Part shown: positions 7,870-18,300 of the stretch, piece after piece | How the letters are laid out: each line of letters begins with the position of its first letter | Position numbering within the stretch: the first letter of the stretch is position 1 | Sequence record: DRR378314_301 | DNA length: 38,602 nt | Direction: 5' to 3' (one strand) | Made by a program: the position numbers and the translations under genes | The notes under the pieces: model-generated | Seen by the model: the letters and a program-made list of their open reading frames with translations, nothing else | Told to the model about the DNA's origin: nothing | Databases searched by the model: none

Positions 7870-10143
7870 ATGCAGATGCTGTATCCCCCAAACGCTGTAA
7901 GCCTGATGCTCCTGATCGCTTTGAGCTTTTTGGTGCCAACAACGGCTTTTGCAGCCGTGAATCTGGAAGAGGGCTGGGAGTATCGCTGGGGCGATTCTCC
8001 GTTTACCGATGAGGGAGTGCCAGAATGGGTTCTCGGGCAGGACTCGGCGCAATGGAGCGCCATTGGTTTCCCCTCCAACCCGCCTGAACGCGACCAACGT
8101 GAGCACGTATGGTATCGCATCGCCCTGCCAGACGGTGATTGGCAGGAGCCGGTGTTGTACATCTACAGCGTCGATCTGATCGTTCAGGTCTGGCTTGATG
8201 GTCGGAACATCTATCAATACGGCACCTTCGATGACGATGGTCGGGGGCGTTTTGAGGGGTGGCCCTGGCATGCGATTCCGCTGCCCGACGATTTCGGCGG
8301 CAAGCCAATCTATTTCCGCATTTTCTCTGATTACACCGATATTGGCCTCTGGGGTGAAGTCTCCATTATGGAGCGGCCGGCCCTGACCCTGTTTGTCGTG
8401 GAAAACTCTCTTAAGGCGTTGGTGATCTCCGGCTTTTCCGCCCTGATCGCACTGCTTGCGATGATTTTCGCCTTGCTGCAAACGGAAAAGAGGAGCTTCG
8501 GGAGCATTGCCCTGTTCTCCCTGTCATCCGCCATACTGCTGCTCTCTGAAAGCCAGGCCAGCCAACTGGTCTGGAATCGGCCACTGCTTTGGGACTACCT
8601 GGCTGCGGGCTCCTACTACATGTTGCCGGTGGCCATGGCCCTGTTGCTGGAGCAGTGGTTCAGCGATCGCCGGCCTTGGCTGATCAATCTGGTCTGGAAA
8701 CTTCACTTGGCCTATGCCGTGACAGCAATAGGGCTCGCGTTGCTGGGCGTGGTTGACCTGTCATCAACCTTCCCGGTTTTTGATGCGTTCCTGTTGGCCT
8801 CTCTGACCACGGTTACGGTTGTCGTGGTGAGGGGATTCCGGGATCTTCGAATCGAGCAACAGGTCATCCTCGCGGCCTACGGTGTGTTCTGCAGCCTGCT
8901 GGTAGTGGACATGGCCGTGGCTCACGGTTTTCTCCCCTGGGGACGCGTGCCGGTCAGCTGGGGCACGCTCATCTTTTCGCTGGCTGTGGTGATGATCTCC
9001 CTTTGGCATTATTCCCGTACCCAACAGGCACTCCACCGGTTAAACCTGTCCCTGGAGCAGCAGGTCACGGAACGTACCCGAAAGGCGGAGGCCCTCGCCC
9101 GTCGTGAACAAGCCAGGGTGAGGCTGCTGACATTCGAGAACGAAAAGACCCGGGTTCTGAACGACATTATTGCCGAGCTGCAGGACTGCATCAGCCTGAA
9201 CCAGACCTTCCACGTGCTGGCGCGCCGATTGCCGGAGCTATGCAGCCCGTTGAGGGGCACGCTCTACCAGCGGGTGGAGGACGGCCAGGCCTATGAGTTA
9301 CTGACCCGATGGGGGTACGCGGGCGAACCAGATTCCCTGCGTCGCCTGGAAACCCCGCATGGGCCGCCGCATCAGAGTCATATTCCGGCACGTTACAGTG
9401 AGGAAGATGATGAGTCCTGGTCTGAGTGGGAGGCCGGTGTAGACGGCTCGTTGTGTCTGTGGATCAATCTGCATTCCGCGACGGAAGGGTTGGTCACCAT
9501 GGCGCTCCTGTTCGTGGAAGTGCCACGGGAGTTCGCATCCGATGGCACTGACTACGGCGCAGCCCGGCTGTTCCAGGCGCTTAGCCAGGGCGTGCAGAAA
9601 ATCGGGATAGCGCTTTCAAGTATCAGCCTGCGGGAAGAGTTGCAGAAATATTCCTACGAAGACGCTCTGACCGGCCTGAAAAACCGCCGTTATTTCGATC
9701 AACTGCTGGAGCATGAGTCTGCGGTTGCCTTGCGCGGTGATCAGCCACTGTCCCTGTTGATCGTGGATATTGACCATTTCAAGCGCTTCAATGACACCCA
9801 CGGGCATGAGGCTGGTGACTCCGCCCTGAAATCGGTCGCAAACATGCTGGCGCGTCATTTCCGCGACAGCGATGTCGTCTGCCGGTTCGGCGGCGAGGAG
9901 TTTGTCATTATCATGGCGGGTTCGAGCGCGAAAGCTGCCTACGACAAGGCGTACGAACTCACACGGGCCGTCCGTATCATGCCGATCGAGCACGGAGGGT
10001 TTGACCTTGGCCATGTCACCATATCCGTAGGGGTGTCCAGCTGGCCGGAATGCAGCGACTCACCAGACAGCTTGCTGGGTCTCGCCGACCGGGCCCTCTA
10101 CCGGGCCAAGGAGGCCGGCAGGGACCGGGTTGAGATTTCGTAG
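7870..10143 (+). CDS. Membrane-bound diguanylate cyclase (periplasmic beta-sandwich sensor, ~7 TM, coiled coil, GAF-like region, GGDEF)
   Basis: DALTGLKNRR, IDHFKRFNDTHGHEAGD, RDSD I-site, RFGGEEF, ADRALYRAKEAGRD. Signal-like N-terminus, Trp-rich periplasmic region, then several TM helices. Start uncertain (7870/7876/7906). Confidence 0.88.
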   Translation: MQMLYPPNAVSLMLLIALSFLVPTTAFAAVNLEEGWEYRWGDSPFTDEGVPEWVLGQDSAQWSAIGFPSNPPERDQREHVWYRIALPDGDWQEPVLYIYSVDLIVQVWLDGRNIYQYGTFDDDGRGRFEGWPWHAIPLPDDFGGKPIYFRIFSDYTDIGLWGEVSIMERPALTLFVVENSLKALVISGFSALIALLAMIFALLQTEKRSFGSIALFSLSSAILLLSESQASQLVWNRPLLWDYLAAGSYYMLPVAMALLLEQWFSDRRPWLINLVWKLHLAYAVTAIGLALLGVVDLSSTFPVFDAFLLASLTTVTVVVVRGFRDLRIEQQVILAAYGVFCSLLVVDMAVAHGFLPWGRVPVSWGTLIFSLAVVMISLWHYSRTQQALHRLNLSLEQQVTERTRKAEALARREQARVRLLTFENEKTRVLNDIIAELQDCISLNQTFHVLARRLPELCSPLRGTLYQRVEDGQAYELLTRWGYAGEPDSLRRLETPHGPPHQSHIPARYSEEDDESWSEWEAGVDGSLCLWINLHSATEGLVTMALLFVEVPREFASDGTDYGAARLFQALSQGVQKIGIALSSISLREELQKYSYEDALTGLKNRRYFDQLLEHESAVALRGDQPLSLLIVDIDHFKRFNDTHGHEAGDSALKSVANMLARHFRDSDVVCRFGGEEFVIIMAGSSAKAAYDKAYELTRAVRIMPIEHGGFDLGHVTISVGVSSWPECSDSPDSLLGLADRALYRAKEAGRDRVEIS

Positions 10144-10157
10144 GTGCCGTAGGGGCT

Positions 10158-11570
10158 TTAGTGCCAGATGTTGCTGTCGATCTTCTCGTGCAGCTCCGGG
10201 TAGTCCTTCGACTTGAAGTGCGGCACGTCGCCCTGTTTGCGCTGCGCCAGGTAGTCCTTCGTCAGCTTCACCACCGTGCCGGAAAGCATGACAATGGCAA
10301 TCAGGTTGATCGTGGCCATCAGGCCCATAGAGGCGTCGGCGGCGTTGAAAACAGTTACGACCGCCTCATAGCTACCCCAGACCACCATCCCCAGGACCGC
10401 AGAGCGAAGCAGTGTAATGGCCATGGTGCTGTCGCCGCCCAGATGAATCAGGGCGTTTTCTGCGTAGGTGTAGTTGGCGACAATGGAGGTGAAGGCGAAG
10501 AACAGGATGGCAATGGCGATGAAATAGGCGCCGGACTCGCCAATGTGGCTTTGCATGGCATCCTGGGTCAACTGGGTTCCGGTTATGCCCGAGCCTGGTT
10601 CCATGACACCGGAGAGCAGGATCATCACCGCCGTTGCGGTGCAGATGATGATGGTGTCGACAAACACGCCGAATGCCTGAACCAACCCCTGGGATGACGG
10701 GTGGTGGGGCGCTGGTGTGGCGGTTGCCGCAATATTGGGGGCCGAACCCATGCCGGCCTCGTTGGAGAACAGCCCGCGTTTGATGCCATTGAGCATGGCG
10801 GCGGTGACAGAGCCCGCAGCGCCGCCGGCCGCTTCTTCGAGCCCGAAGGCGCTTTTAATGATGGTCATCAGCACGCCCGGCACTTCGGTGATGTGAATGG
10901 CCATGATCACCAGGGCAATCAGCACGTAGAGTCCGGCCATTAGCGGTACCACCAGTTCCGCGAACCGGACGATTGAGCGCAGGCCACCAAAGATGACGAC
11001 TCCCGCCAGAACGGCGATGACGATGCCAACCCAGATCTTGGGCACCCCAAAAGCGCCCTGCATGGCATCGGCAATGGAGTTAGCCTGAACAGCGTTGAAG
11101 ACCAGTCCGAAGGAGAGGATCAGACAGACGGCAAAAATACTGCCCGCCCAGGGTGCCTTCAAGCCTTTGGTTATGTAGACCGCGGGCCCGCCCCGATATT
11201 GGCCCTTGCCGTCGCGTACCTTGTAGAGCTGTGCCAGTGTGCTTTCCGCATAGCCGGTTGCCATACCGACCAGGGCGACCATCCACATCCAGAAAATGGC
11301 GCCGGCACCGCCAAGGTACAGCGCCACTGCGACACCGGCGAGGTTGCCGGTGCCGACTCTGGAGGCAAGGCTGGTACACAGTGCCTGGAACGGGGATATG
11401 CCGTGGACATCGCTGTCACGGGAGCCGCGAATGGCGCGGATCATTTCCCCAAAGTTGAGAAACTGCAAAAAGCCCAGGCGGATGGTGAAAAACACACCAA
11501 CCCCCAGCAGGCCGTAGACCAGAACGTAACCCCAGAGAATGGAGTTCAGAAAATCCACAATAGCCGTCAT
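10158..11570 (-). CDS. Alanine/glycine:cation symporter (AGCS family, AlsT/YaaJ-like)
   Basis: ISPFQAL, RVGTGNLAGVA, GAIFWMW, RGGPA, RGLFSNEAGMGSAP, FVDTIIICT. Confidence 0.92.
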   Translation of the reverse strand: MTAIVDFLNSILWGYVLVYGLLGVGVFFTIRLGFLQFLNFGEMIRAIRGSRDSDVHGISPFQALCTSLASRVGTGNLAGVAVALYLGGAGAIFWMWMVALVGMATGYAESTLAQLYKVRDGKGQYRGGPAVYITKGLKAPWAGSIFAVCLILSFGLVFNAVQANSIADAMQGAFGVPKIWVGIVIAVLAGVVIFGGLRSIVRFAELVVPLMAGLYVLIALVIMAIHITEVPGVLMTIIKSAFGLEEAAGGAAGSVTAAMLNGIKRGLFSNEAGMGSAPNIAATATPAPHHPSSQGLVQAFGVFVDTIIICTATAVMILLSGVMEPGSGITGTQLTQDAMQSHIGESGAYFIAIAILFFAFTSIVANYTYAENALIHLGGDSTMAITLLRSAVLGMVVWGSYEAVVTVFNAADASMGLMATINLIAIVMLSGTVVKLTKDYLAQRKQGDVPHFKSKDYPELHEKIDSNIWH

Positions 11571-11607
11571 TGTTCTTCCTTAAACAGTCGTGCTTGAAAG
11601 ATCGTCC

Positions 11608-12048
11608 TTACACGACCAGGACAGGGCACTTTGCACGAGAGGCCACCCGGTGCGACACGCTGCCGAGCAGCATGCCGTCCTTGTCGCTATGGGTGCCTCG
11701 TGTGCCAACCACAATTAGGTCTATATCCTTGTCTTCGGCGAACTTGGTGATGACCCTGGAGGGCCTGCCGGCCTTAACGAAGCCTCGAACCTTCACCGCA
11801 CCCTTTTCCTTGGCCTGTTCCTTGGCATGGTTGACGATTTCCTTGGCATATTCAGACAGCACTTTGTCCGGGATATCCATACTGTCGGGGCGACCGATCG
11901 ATAGCGATGCCTCAAACAGGCTGTGGTGCTTGTAAACACAGATCAGATAGATCTCGGTGTCCATGAGTTTTTGCAGTTCAATGGCCTTGTCCAAGGCGTT
12001 GAAGGATGACTTGGAACCGTCAACAGCCACCAGGATTTTTTTGAACAT
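11608..12048 (-). CDS. teaD: Universal stress protein associated with the ectoine TRAP transporter
   Basis: ILVAVDGS start, GTRG..DKDGMLLGSVS ATP-binding USP motif, CPVLVV end; directly follows teaC. Confidence 0.88.
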   Translation of the reverse strand: MFKKILVAVDGSKSSFNALDKAIELQKLMDTEIYLICVYKHHSLFEASLSIGRPDSMDIPDKVLSEYAKEIVNHAKEQAKEKGAVKVRGFVKAGRPSRVITKFAEDKDIDLIVVGTRGTHSDKDGMLLGSVSHRVASRAKCPVLVV

Positions 12049-12079
12049 ATTCTTCTCCCTGAAAGAGTCTTTCTATCCG

Positions 12080-13363
12080 TCAGCGAAACGCTACATCACG
12101 CAAGAACAGCGCGATTTGCGGGAACGCGATGATCAGCCCCGCTGCGGCCACCAGCATAAAGACAAACGGTGGCGTACCACGGATCACTTCCCAATAAGGG
12201 CGCTTGAATATGGCGATGGCGGTGAAGATGTCGCAGCCAAAGGGCGGAGTTGCGGAGCCTATGGCCACCTGAAGTGTGATCAGAACCCCGACAAGCACCG
12301 GGTCCAGACCAGTGGCTTCTATCGCTGGCGCAAAGATCGGTGTTAGGACGAGAATGACGACGATCGGGTCGACGAACATGCAGGCGACGAAGAAGGCGAC
12401 ACAGATCGCAATCAGCACGCCGACCGGACCAGCTTCATTCACACCGACGGATTCCAGTATCGCTTGCGGAATCTGCGCAAAGGATATAATCCAGGAAAAC
12501 CCGTTTCCGACAGCCACCAGTATGAAAACCACCGCGGTAATCAGGCCGGTGGACTTGGCAATGCGATAGACATCCGGCAATTTCAGCGATCGGAAAACCG
12601 CGAATTCGAGCAAGAATGCGTAAAGTACGCACACTGCGGCGGCCTCCGTGGGGCTGAAAATGCCGCCGTAGATACCACCAACAATGATGACGGGGAAGAA
12701 AAGAGGCCATAGTGCCTCGCGGACGGCGACACCCCGTTCTCTCCAGCCGGCTCTTTCCTCGGTGGGGACCTTGTTGATGTACGCATAGATCAGGCAGTAG
12801 AGCGAGAACATCATCAGAATCATGATGCCCGGGCCGATGCCAGCGATGAACAGCTCGGCAATGGAGGTCCCGGAGATAACCCCATAAATAATGAAGCCGA
12901 TACTGGGGGGGATCAGAAACGCAATATCACTGGAGTTGATAATCAGCGCCAGTGAAAAGGAGTCGGAATAACCCGCTTTAAGCAGTTTGGGCCGGAGAGG
13001 AGAGCCGACAGCGACCACCGTCGCCTGGGTAGAGCCGGAAACAGCACCGAACAGGGTGCACGAAGTTGCGGTGCTGATTGCCAGCCCGCCTTTTATGTGG
13101 CCGATAAACGCCATCACCATATGGATCAGGCGGTCGGCCGATTGGCCGCGAGTCATGATATCGGCCGCCAGAATGAACATGGGCACAGCAATCAGGGAGG
13201 CCGGGCGAATGCCTCCCATCATTTGCTGGACGAAAGTGCCCATTTGGCCGAAGCCATCAAACATCATTACAAAACCGACTACCGCCCCGGTAATCAGCGG
13301 AACCATCATCGGGAAGCCCAGAAGCAGCAGCCCGATCATGATTACCATCATTATAGTCGCCAT
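12080..13363 (-). CDS. teaC: TRAP transporter large permease (DctM)
   Basis: LIAVPMFILA, FGAVSGS, IPPSIGFIIYG, FSPTEAA, TPPFG. Confidence 0.9.
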   Translation of the reverse strand: MATIMMVIMIGLLLLGFPMMVPLITGAVVGFVMMFDGFGQMGTFVQQMMGGIRPASLIAVPMFILAADIMTRGQSADRLIHMVMAFIGHIKGGLAISTATSCTLFGAVSGSTQATVVAVGSPLRPKLLKAGYSDSFSLALIINSSDIAFLIPPSIGFIIYGVISGTSIAELFIAGIGPGIMILMMFSLYCLIYAYINKVPTEERAGWRERGVAVREALWPLFFPVIIVGGIYGGIFSPTEAAAVCVLYAFLLEFAVFRSLKLPDVYRIAKSTGLITAVVFILVAVGNGFSWIISFAQIPQAILESVGVNEAGPVGVLIAICVAFFVACMFVDPIVVILVLTPIFAPAIEATGLDPVLVGVLITLQVAIGSATPPFGCDIFTAIAIFKRPYWEVIRGTPPFVFMLVAAAGLIIAFPQIALFLRDVAFR

Positions 13364-13396
13364 GAGTTTCTATCCTTTGTTAGAGCAGCTGCAGGT

Positions 13397-13990
13397 TCAG
13401 ACTTCCGATTCACTATCCGCGTAGCCGTCGATCACACCAGTGGAGAGATAAACATCTTTGCTGGTGAAGTTTTTGATGGCCGTGAGGAAATACTGAATGC
13501 CAGTGATTGCAAAGCCCACTGGCGCCCAAACGTAAATCCACCAGATCTCAAAGCCCAACGCCGGGAGAATACGCCCACGGCTGTATAGGGTTTCGACGTA
13601 CCCATAAGAGTGGTAGCAGAGGAAGAACATCACCAGGGAGGTAAACAGGGCAATGAAAATCATCAGTACTTTGCGTCCTTTTGGCGGGATCGCATCGTAA
13701 ACCGCTGACATGCGGATGTGGCGGCCATGGCGGGCCGCGTACCCTATACCTGCAAAGGTGATCAGGATAATAAGAATCCGGTTGATCTCACCGGAGAAAA
13801 ACAGGCCTTCGCCAAAGACAAAGCGTGCAATCACGTTGATGCAGGTATTGACGGCCATAAGGATGACGCCAACGGCGAGCATGACGGCTTCAGTCTTGGC
13901 AATCACTTCGTCGATGGTTCCCAGAAACCCGGGCAGGCCGGACTCGTAGGTGCCGGTATCGTCATCTAGATCCGGGGAGTTCTCGGACAT
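13397..13990 (-). CDS. teaB: TRAP transporter small permease (DctQ)
   Basis: Four TM helices, EINRIL, GRHIRM; lies between the SBP and DctM genes. Confidence 0.88.
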   Translation of the reverse strand: MSENSPDLDDDTGTYESGLPGFLGTIDEVIAKTEAVMLAVGVILMAVNTCINVIARFVFGEGLFFSGEINRILIILITFAGIGYAARHGRHIRMSAVYDAIPPKGRKVLMIFIALFTSLVMFFLCYHSYGYVETLYSRGRILPALGFEIWWIYVWAPVGFAITGIQYFLTAIKNFTSKDVYLSTGVIDGYADSESEV

Positions 13991-14050
13991 GGGTTCTGCT
14001 CCAGAACAGATCGCTCCCGGCCGGTAGGAGGTCCCCGGCGGGGCGGGGTT

Positions 14051-14085
14051 AAAACAGATTCCCGCCGGGCAGTGCCGGCGGGAAT
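14051..14085 (-). terminator. Stem-loop after teaA (partial terminator or mRNA stabiliser)
   Basis: Perfect 11-bp inverted repeat ATTCCCGCCGG (14058-14068) / CCGGCGGGAAT (14075-14085), followed on the minus strand by CTGTTTT. Confidence 0.65.
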
Positions 14086-14098
14086 GGTTCCTTCAGGT

Positions 14099-15127
14099 TC
14101 AGTTGCTCTGAACTTCCTTGAGATCTTCCTTGAACTGATTCAGCAGCTCTTTACCGCCTTCGCCGGTCATCTCGATGAACTTGTCTTCAACCTGCGGAGC
14201 GCGGGCCTTGAAAGCTTCGATCTGTTCATCGTTCAGGCGGGTAACGGTGACTTCGTCACTGGCTTCCTGGATTTTCGCAAGCGCTTTTTCGGCGAGGCCG
14301 TCAATGTGAACGATGATCTTCTCGAACGCGTGGTCGGCTGCGTCTTCAACAAGTTTCTTGTCTTCGTCGGACAGTCCGTCATAGAAGTTCTTGTTGGCCA
14401 TCATGGCGGTGGTGAACCAACCATGGCTGGTGAAGACCAGGTTCGGGGAAACTTCGTAAAGACCACCGGACTCAATCCAGAAGATCGGGTTTTCCTGCCC
14501 CTGGATCATGTTGGTCTGCAGTGCGCCATAGACCTCACCCCAAGGCAGAGGCGTCGGGGTCGCGCCGAACGCTGAATAGGTTTCCGACAGCAACGGGTTG
14601 GTCATGACACGGATTTTCTTGTTGTTGAAGTCCTCAGGCTTGGTTACGGGCTCGTCCACCGTTACGACCATTTCGCCTTCGGGGTACATTTGCAGAAGCT
14701 CGAGGCCGTTCTGCGCGTAGAGCTCAGGGAAGTCCTCGTTGATCGCTTCACTTTCACGGAAGAACTTGATCACCGTATCCATGTCGGTCGGCATCAGATA
14801 GGGAATGAAGAAAATCTGAGCCTCTGGAATCAGGGAACCGGTGAAGCCGGGTGACTGGTTTACAAAATTAAGGATGCCAGCCTGGGTCTGCTCCATGATG
14901 TCATCGGATTCGCCCAGCTCACCAAAGCGATAAACCTGAACCGTGTGATCGGAATTGTCTTCGATGTATTCCTTGAAGTCGTAAGCGAATACGTCCTGAA
15001 CGTCACCCTCGTATTCTTCGTGGGCATAGCGCCAGTTGGCAGCATTGACCGAATTTGCCGCAGTCATTGCGGCAAAGGCAAACGCAGAAAATCCTGCCAG
15101 TTTCTTGAACTTGCTCATGGTGCTCAT
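14099..15127 (-). CDS. teaA: Ectoine/hydroxyectoine TRAP transporter substrate-binding protein
   Basis: NWRYAHEEYEGDVQDVF, GELGESDDIMEQTQAG, YPEGEM, RVMTNPLL, QENPIFWI and HGWF closely resemble Halomonas elongata TeaA as I recall it; teaABCD order; RBS GGAG. Confidence 0.9.
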   Translation of the reverse strand: MSTMSKFKKLAGFSAFAFAAMTAANSVNAANWRYAHEEYEGDVQDVFAYDFKEYIEDNSDHTVQVYRFGELGESDDIMEQTQAGILNFVNQSPGFTGSLIPEAQIFFIPYLMPTDMDTVIKFFRESEAINEDFPELYAQNGLELLQMYPEGEMVVTVDEPVTKPEDFNNKKIRVMTNPLLSETYSAFGATPTPLPWGEVYGALQTNMIQGQENPIFWIESGGLYEVSPNLVFTSHGWFTTAMMANKNFYDGLSDEDKKLVEDAADHAFEKIIVHIDGLAEKALAKIQEASDEVTVTRLNDEQIEAFKARAPQVEDKFIEMTGEGGKELLNQFKEDLKEVQSN

Positions 15128-15177
15128 CGCGTTGTCTCCGCTTATTTTTTTGCTGAAATGATTTGTTACATTTATTT

Positions 15178-15206
15178 AGACTGGCAAAACAATCCCGATT
15201 TCGCAA
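15178..15206 (-). promoter_or_regulatory. Candidate sigma70/sigmaS-type promoter of teaA
   Basis: Minus strand TTGCGA, 17 nt, CAGTCT, with an extended -10 TG (TGC-CAGTCT), in an AT-rich intergenic region. Confidence 0.35.
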
Positions 15207-15308
15207 GAAATTGGCGAATTTACTGGTGCCGGAGGCTACTCGTCCGGCAGGCCGTTCAAGTTGTGGTAGGCTTTCACTTCTCACCCGATGCACTCGAACA
15301 GGGCAGGT

Positions 15309-18300
15309 ATGCCAGCGACGCCAACCATAGAGCCCGGCTTTCACGCCATTCATGCGAACCATCTGGAAGACCTGCGTCGGGCTGTGGTCTGGATTTGCGG
15401 GAACAGCCCCCTGCCGCCTCTGGAAAGCGAAACCTTCCTGGTGCAGAGCAATGGTATTGCCCAATGGCTCAAGCTTGCCCTGGCGGAGGACCCGGCCGAG
15501 GCGGGAGGCGATGGGGGAATGGGGATCGCCGCAGGCATGGACTTCCTGTTCCCCGCCCGTTTCATCTGGCAGGCGTACCGGGCTGTTCTGACGTCCGCCG
15601 GAGTGCCGGAGCAGTCACCCTTTGACAAGTCCCGGCTGGTTTGGCGTCTGTTCCGAATGCTGCCGCAATTGATCGACGAAGATGAGGTGTTCGCACCCTT
15701 GCGGAGGTTCATGGCGGGGTCCGACACCGAAACCCGCCGGTACCAACTCGCTGGCAAGATCGCGGACCTGTTCGACCAGTACCAAGTGTTCCGCGCCGAC
15801 TGGCTGGCGGACTGGGAAGCCGGTCAGGATCGGCTGCGGATGGCCCGGGGCGAGTTCCGGGAGCTGGGTGACGAGTTGCGCTGGCAGGCGGTGTTGTGGC
15901 GTGCGCTGGTCGACGACGTCGGTGAGCATGCTGGCACCAGCCGATCACGCATCCATACCCGGTTCATGGAGGAAGGGCAGCGTCTGACAGCGGCCGACAG
16001 GCCCCACAACCTGCCACGTCGCATCGTGGTGTTCGGAGTGTCTTCCCTGCCAAAGCAGGCACTGGAAGCGCTGTCGATCCTAAGCCGGGTCAGTCAGGTG
16101 GTGCTCTGTGTCCACAACCCCAGTGAGTTTTACTGGGCGGATATCATCAGCGACCGTGACCTGCTCACGGCGGATCGCAAACGGGGCCTCTCGCACCCGA
16201 AATTAGCAGCACTGACGGACCCGGATTCCCTGCATCAGCATGCCAACCCTTTACTGGCGGCCTGGGGCAAGCAGGGCCGGGACTACATCCGCCTGCTGGA
16301 CGAATTCGACAATCCAGACGCGTATCAGGGGCGCCTTGCCACGCCTGACGGTCGAATCGACATTTTCACTCCCCACGGGGATCCTGGCGAACCCACGCTC
16401 TTGCATCAGATTCAGGACGACATCCGCGCGCTCACCTCCCAGGCGGAGATGCTGGCGCAGGCGAGAACCCTCGACCAGTTCCGGGACGATTCCGTGGTAT
16501 TCCACGACGCCCACAGCCCACAACGTGAGGTGGAAATCCTTCACGATCAGTTACTGGCGGCCTTCAACAGCAACCCGGAGCTGCGCCCCCGGGATGTCAT
16601 TGTGATGGTGCCGGATGTGGATACCTACGCACCCCATATTCAGGCGGTGTTTGGCCGTTATACCTCCTCTTCCCGCCGCTATATCCCCTTCACCATTTCC
16701 GATCAGGGCCAACGCCACCGCCAGCCCGTTCTGATTGCCCTGGATACCTTGATGGCGTTGCCGGAAAGTCGGTTTGGTGTCAGCGAGATCATCAGCCTTC
16801 TGGAAGTGCCCGCGGTGCGCAACCGTTTCGGAATTGCCGAGGCTGACCTTCCGCTGGTGCGCCAATGGGTCGAAGGCGCCAACATTCGCTGGGGGCTGCA
16901 CAGTGACCATCGCAGCACACTCGACCTGCCCGACGGCCTTGATCGCAACACCTGGCAGGCCGGTTTGCGGCGAATGTTACTGGGTTATGGCACTGGCCGG
17001 GATGCCGCCTGGCAGGGCATTGAACCCTTTGACGAAATTGGCGGCCTGCAGGCCAGCGTAGCGGGGAACCTCTTCCGGTTTATCGATCGACTGGAAGATC
17101 TCTGGCATCAGCTAAGGGAAACTGCGACACCGGCAGGGTGGCTGGCGCTGTTGCAGTCACTCTTTGAACGTTTTTTCGAAGATCTGTCCGACGATGAACT
17201 GTTGCTGATCAATCGCCTGCGCCGTCAGGCGGAACAGTGGCAACAGGATTGCGACAGTGCCGGCATGGGGGACGTGGAGTTGCCCCTGAGCATTGTGCGG
17301 GAGATCCTCCTGGAGGGTCTGGAGGAAGGGGGGCTTAACCAGCGTTTTCTCGCAGGCAAAGTCAATTTCGCCACGCTGATGCCCATGCGTGCCATTCCCT
17401 TCCGACGGGTCTGCCTGCTGGGCATGAACGATGGTGATTACCCGCGTTCGCGACCACCGGTGGATTTTGACCTGATGGCCCTGGATTACCGCCCGGGCGA
17501 CCGTTCCCGCCGGGAAGACGACCGCTACCTGTTTCTGGAAGCCCTGCTGTCCGCGCGGGAGCAGCTTTACATCAGCTGGGTGGGGCGTAGCATCCGCGAT
17601 GATTCCGAACGGCCACCGTCAGTCCTGGTAAGCCAGTTGCGGGACCATCTGGACGCGGTATGGCAAGTGCCGGATGCGGAGCAGAAGGCGTCTGCCGCCA
17701 TGACCGTTGAGCACCCGTTGCAACCGTTCAGCCGGGACTATTTCCCCACCGCCAATCGCGGGCCCGGCGAGGACAGTTCGCCAAACGTTAACGAAGTATT
17801 GGCGGCCCGCCGCCGATTTACCTATGACCGGGAGTGGCTCAGCGCGCACCAGTCGAGGGACGCAGAGGCCGAGCAATCCCCGCTGCCCTATCTGTCGCCT
17901 GCCGAGCCGATTACCCTGGCGGACGTAGGCGCATTCATGAAGCGACCGGTGGAGATCTTCTACCGGCGCCGTCTGCAGGTTCGGTTCGCTGATGTGGAGA
18001 GCGTGGATACCGACAATGAAGCGTTTGCCATGGACGGACTGCAACACTGGCGATTGGAGGACGAACTCATCCGTCAGGCGGTGATGAAAGCCGATGGCGA
18101 AGAGGACCTGCAACATCGCCTGGATGCTTCCCTTGCCAGCATGACGCGACGGGGTGAGTTGGGTATGGGAGTGACGGAAGTGGCCCTCGCCCGGCAACTG
18201 GAAACCCGCATGCCCGATCTGCATCGGCGCTATCTCGAAGCGCTGACCCTGTGGCCCGAAGTGGTGGAAGAGATAACCGGTTTCGAGTACCAGCACCGGT

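Noticed and set aside
15128-15308. AT-rich patch as a sign of foreign DNA or an sRNA
   Set aside because: It is a short divergent promoter region between teaA and recC, with no structure or mobility signature.
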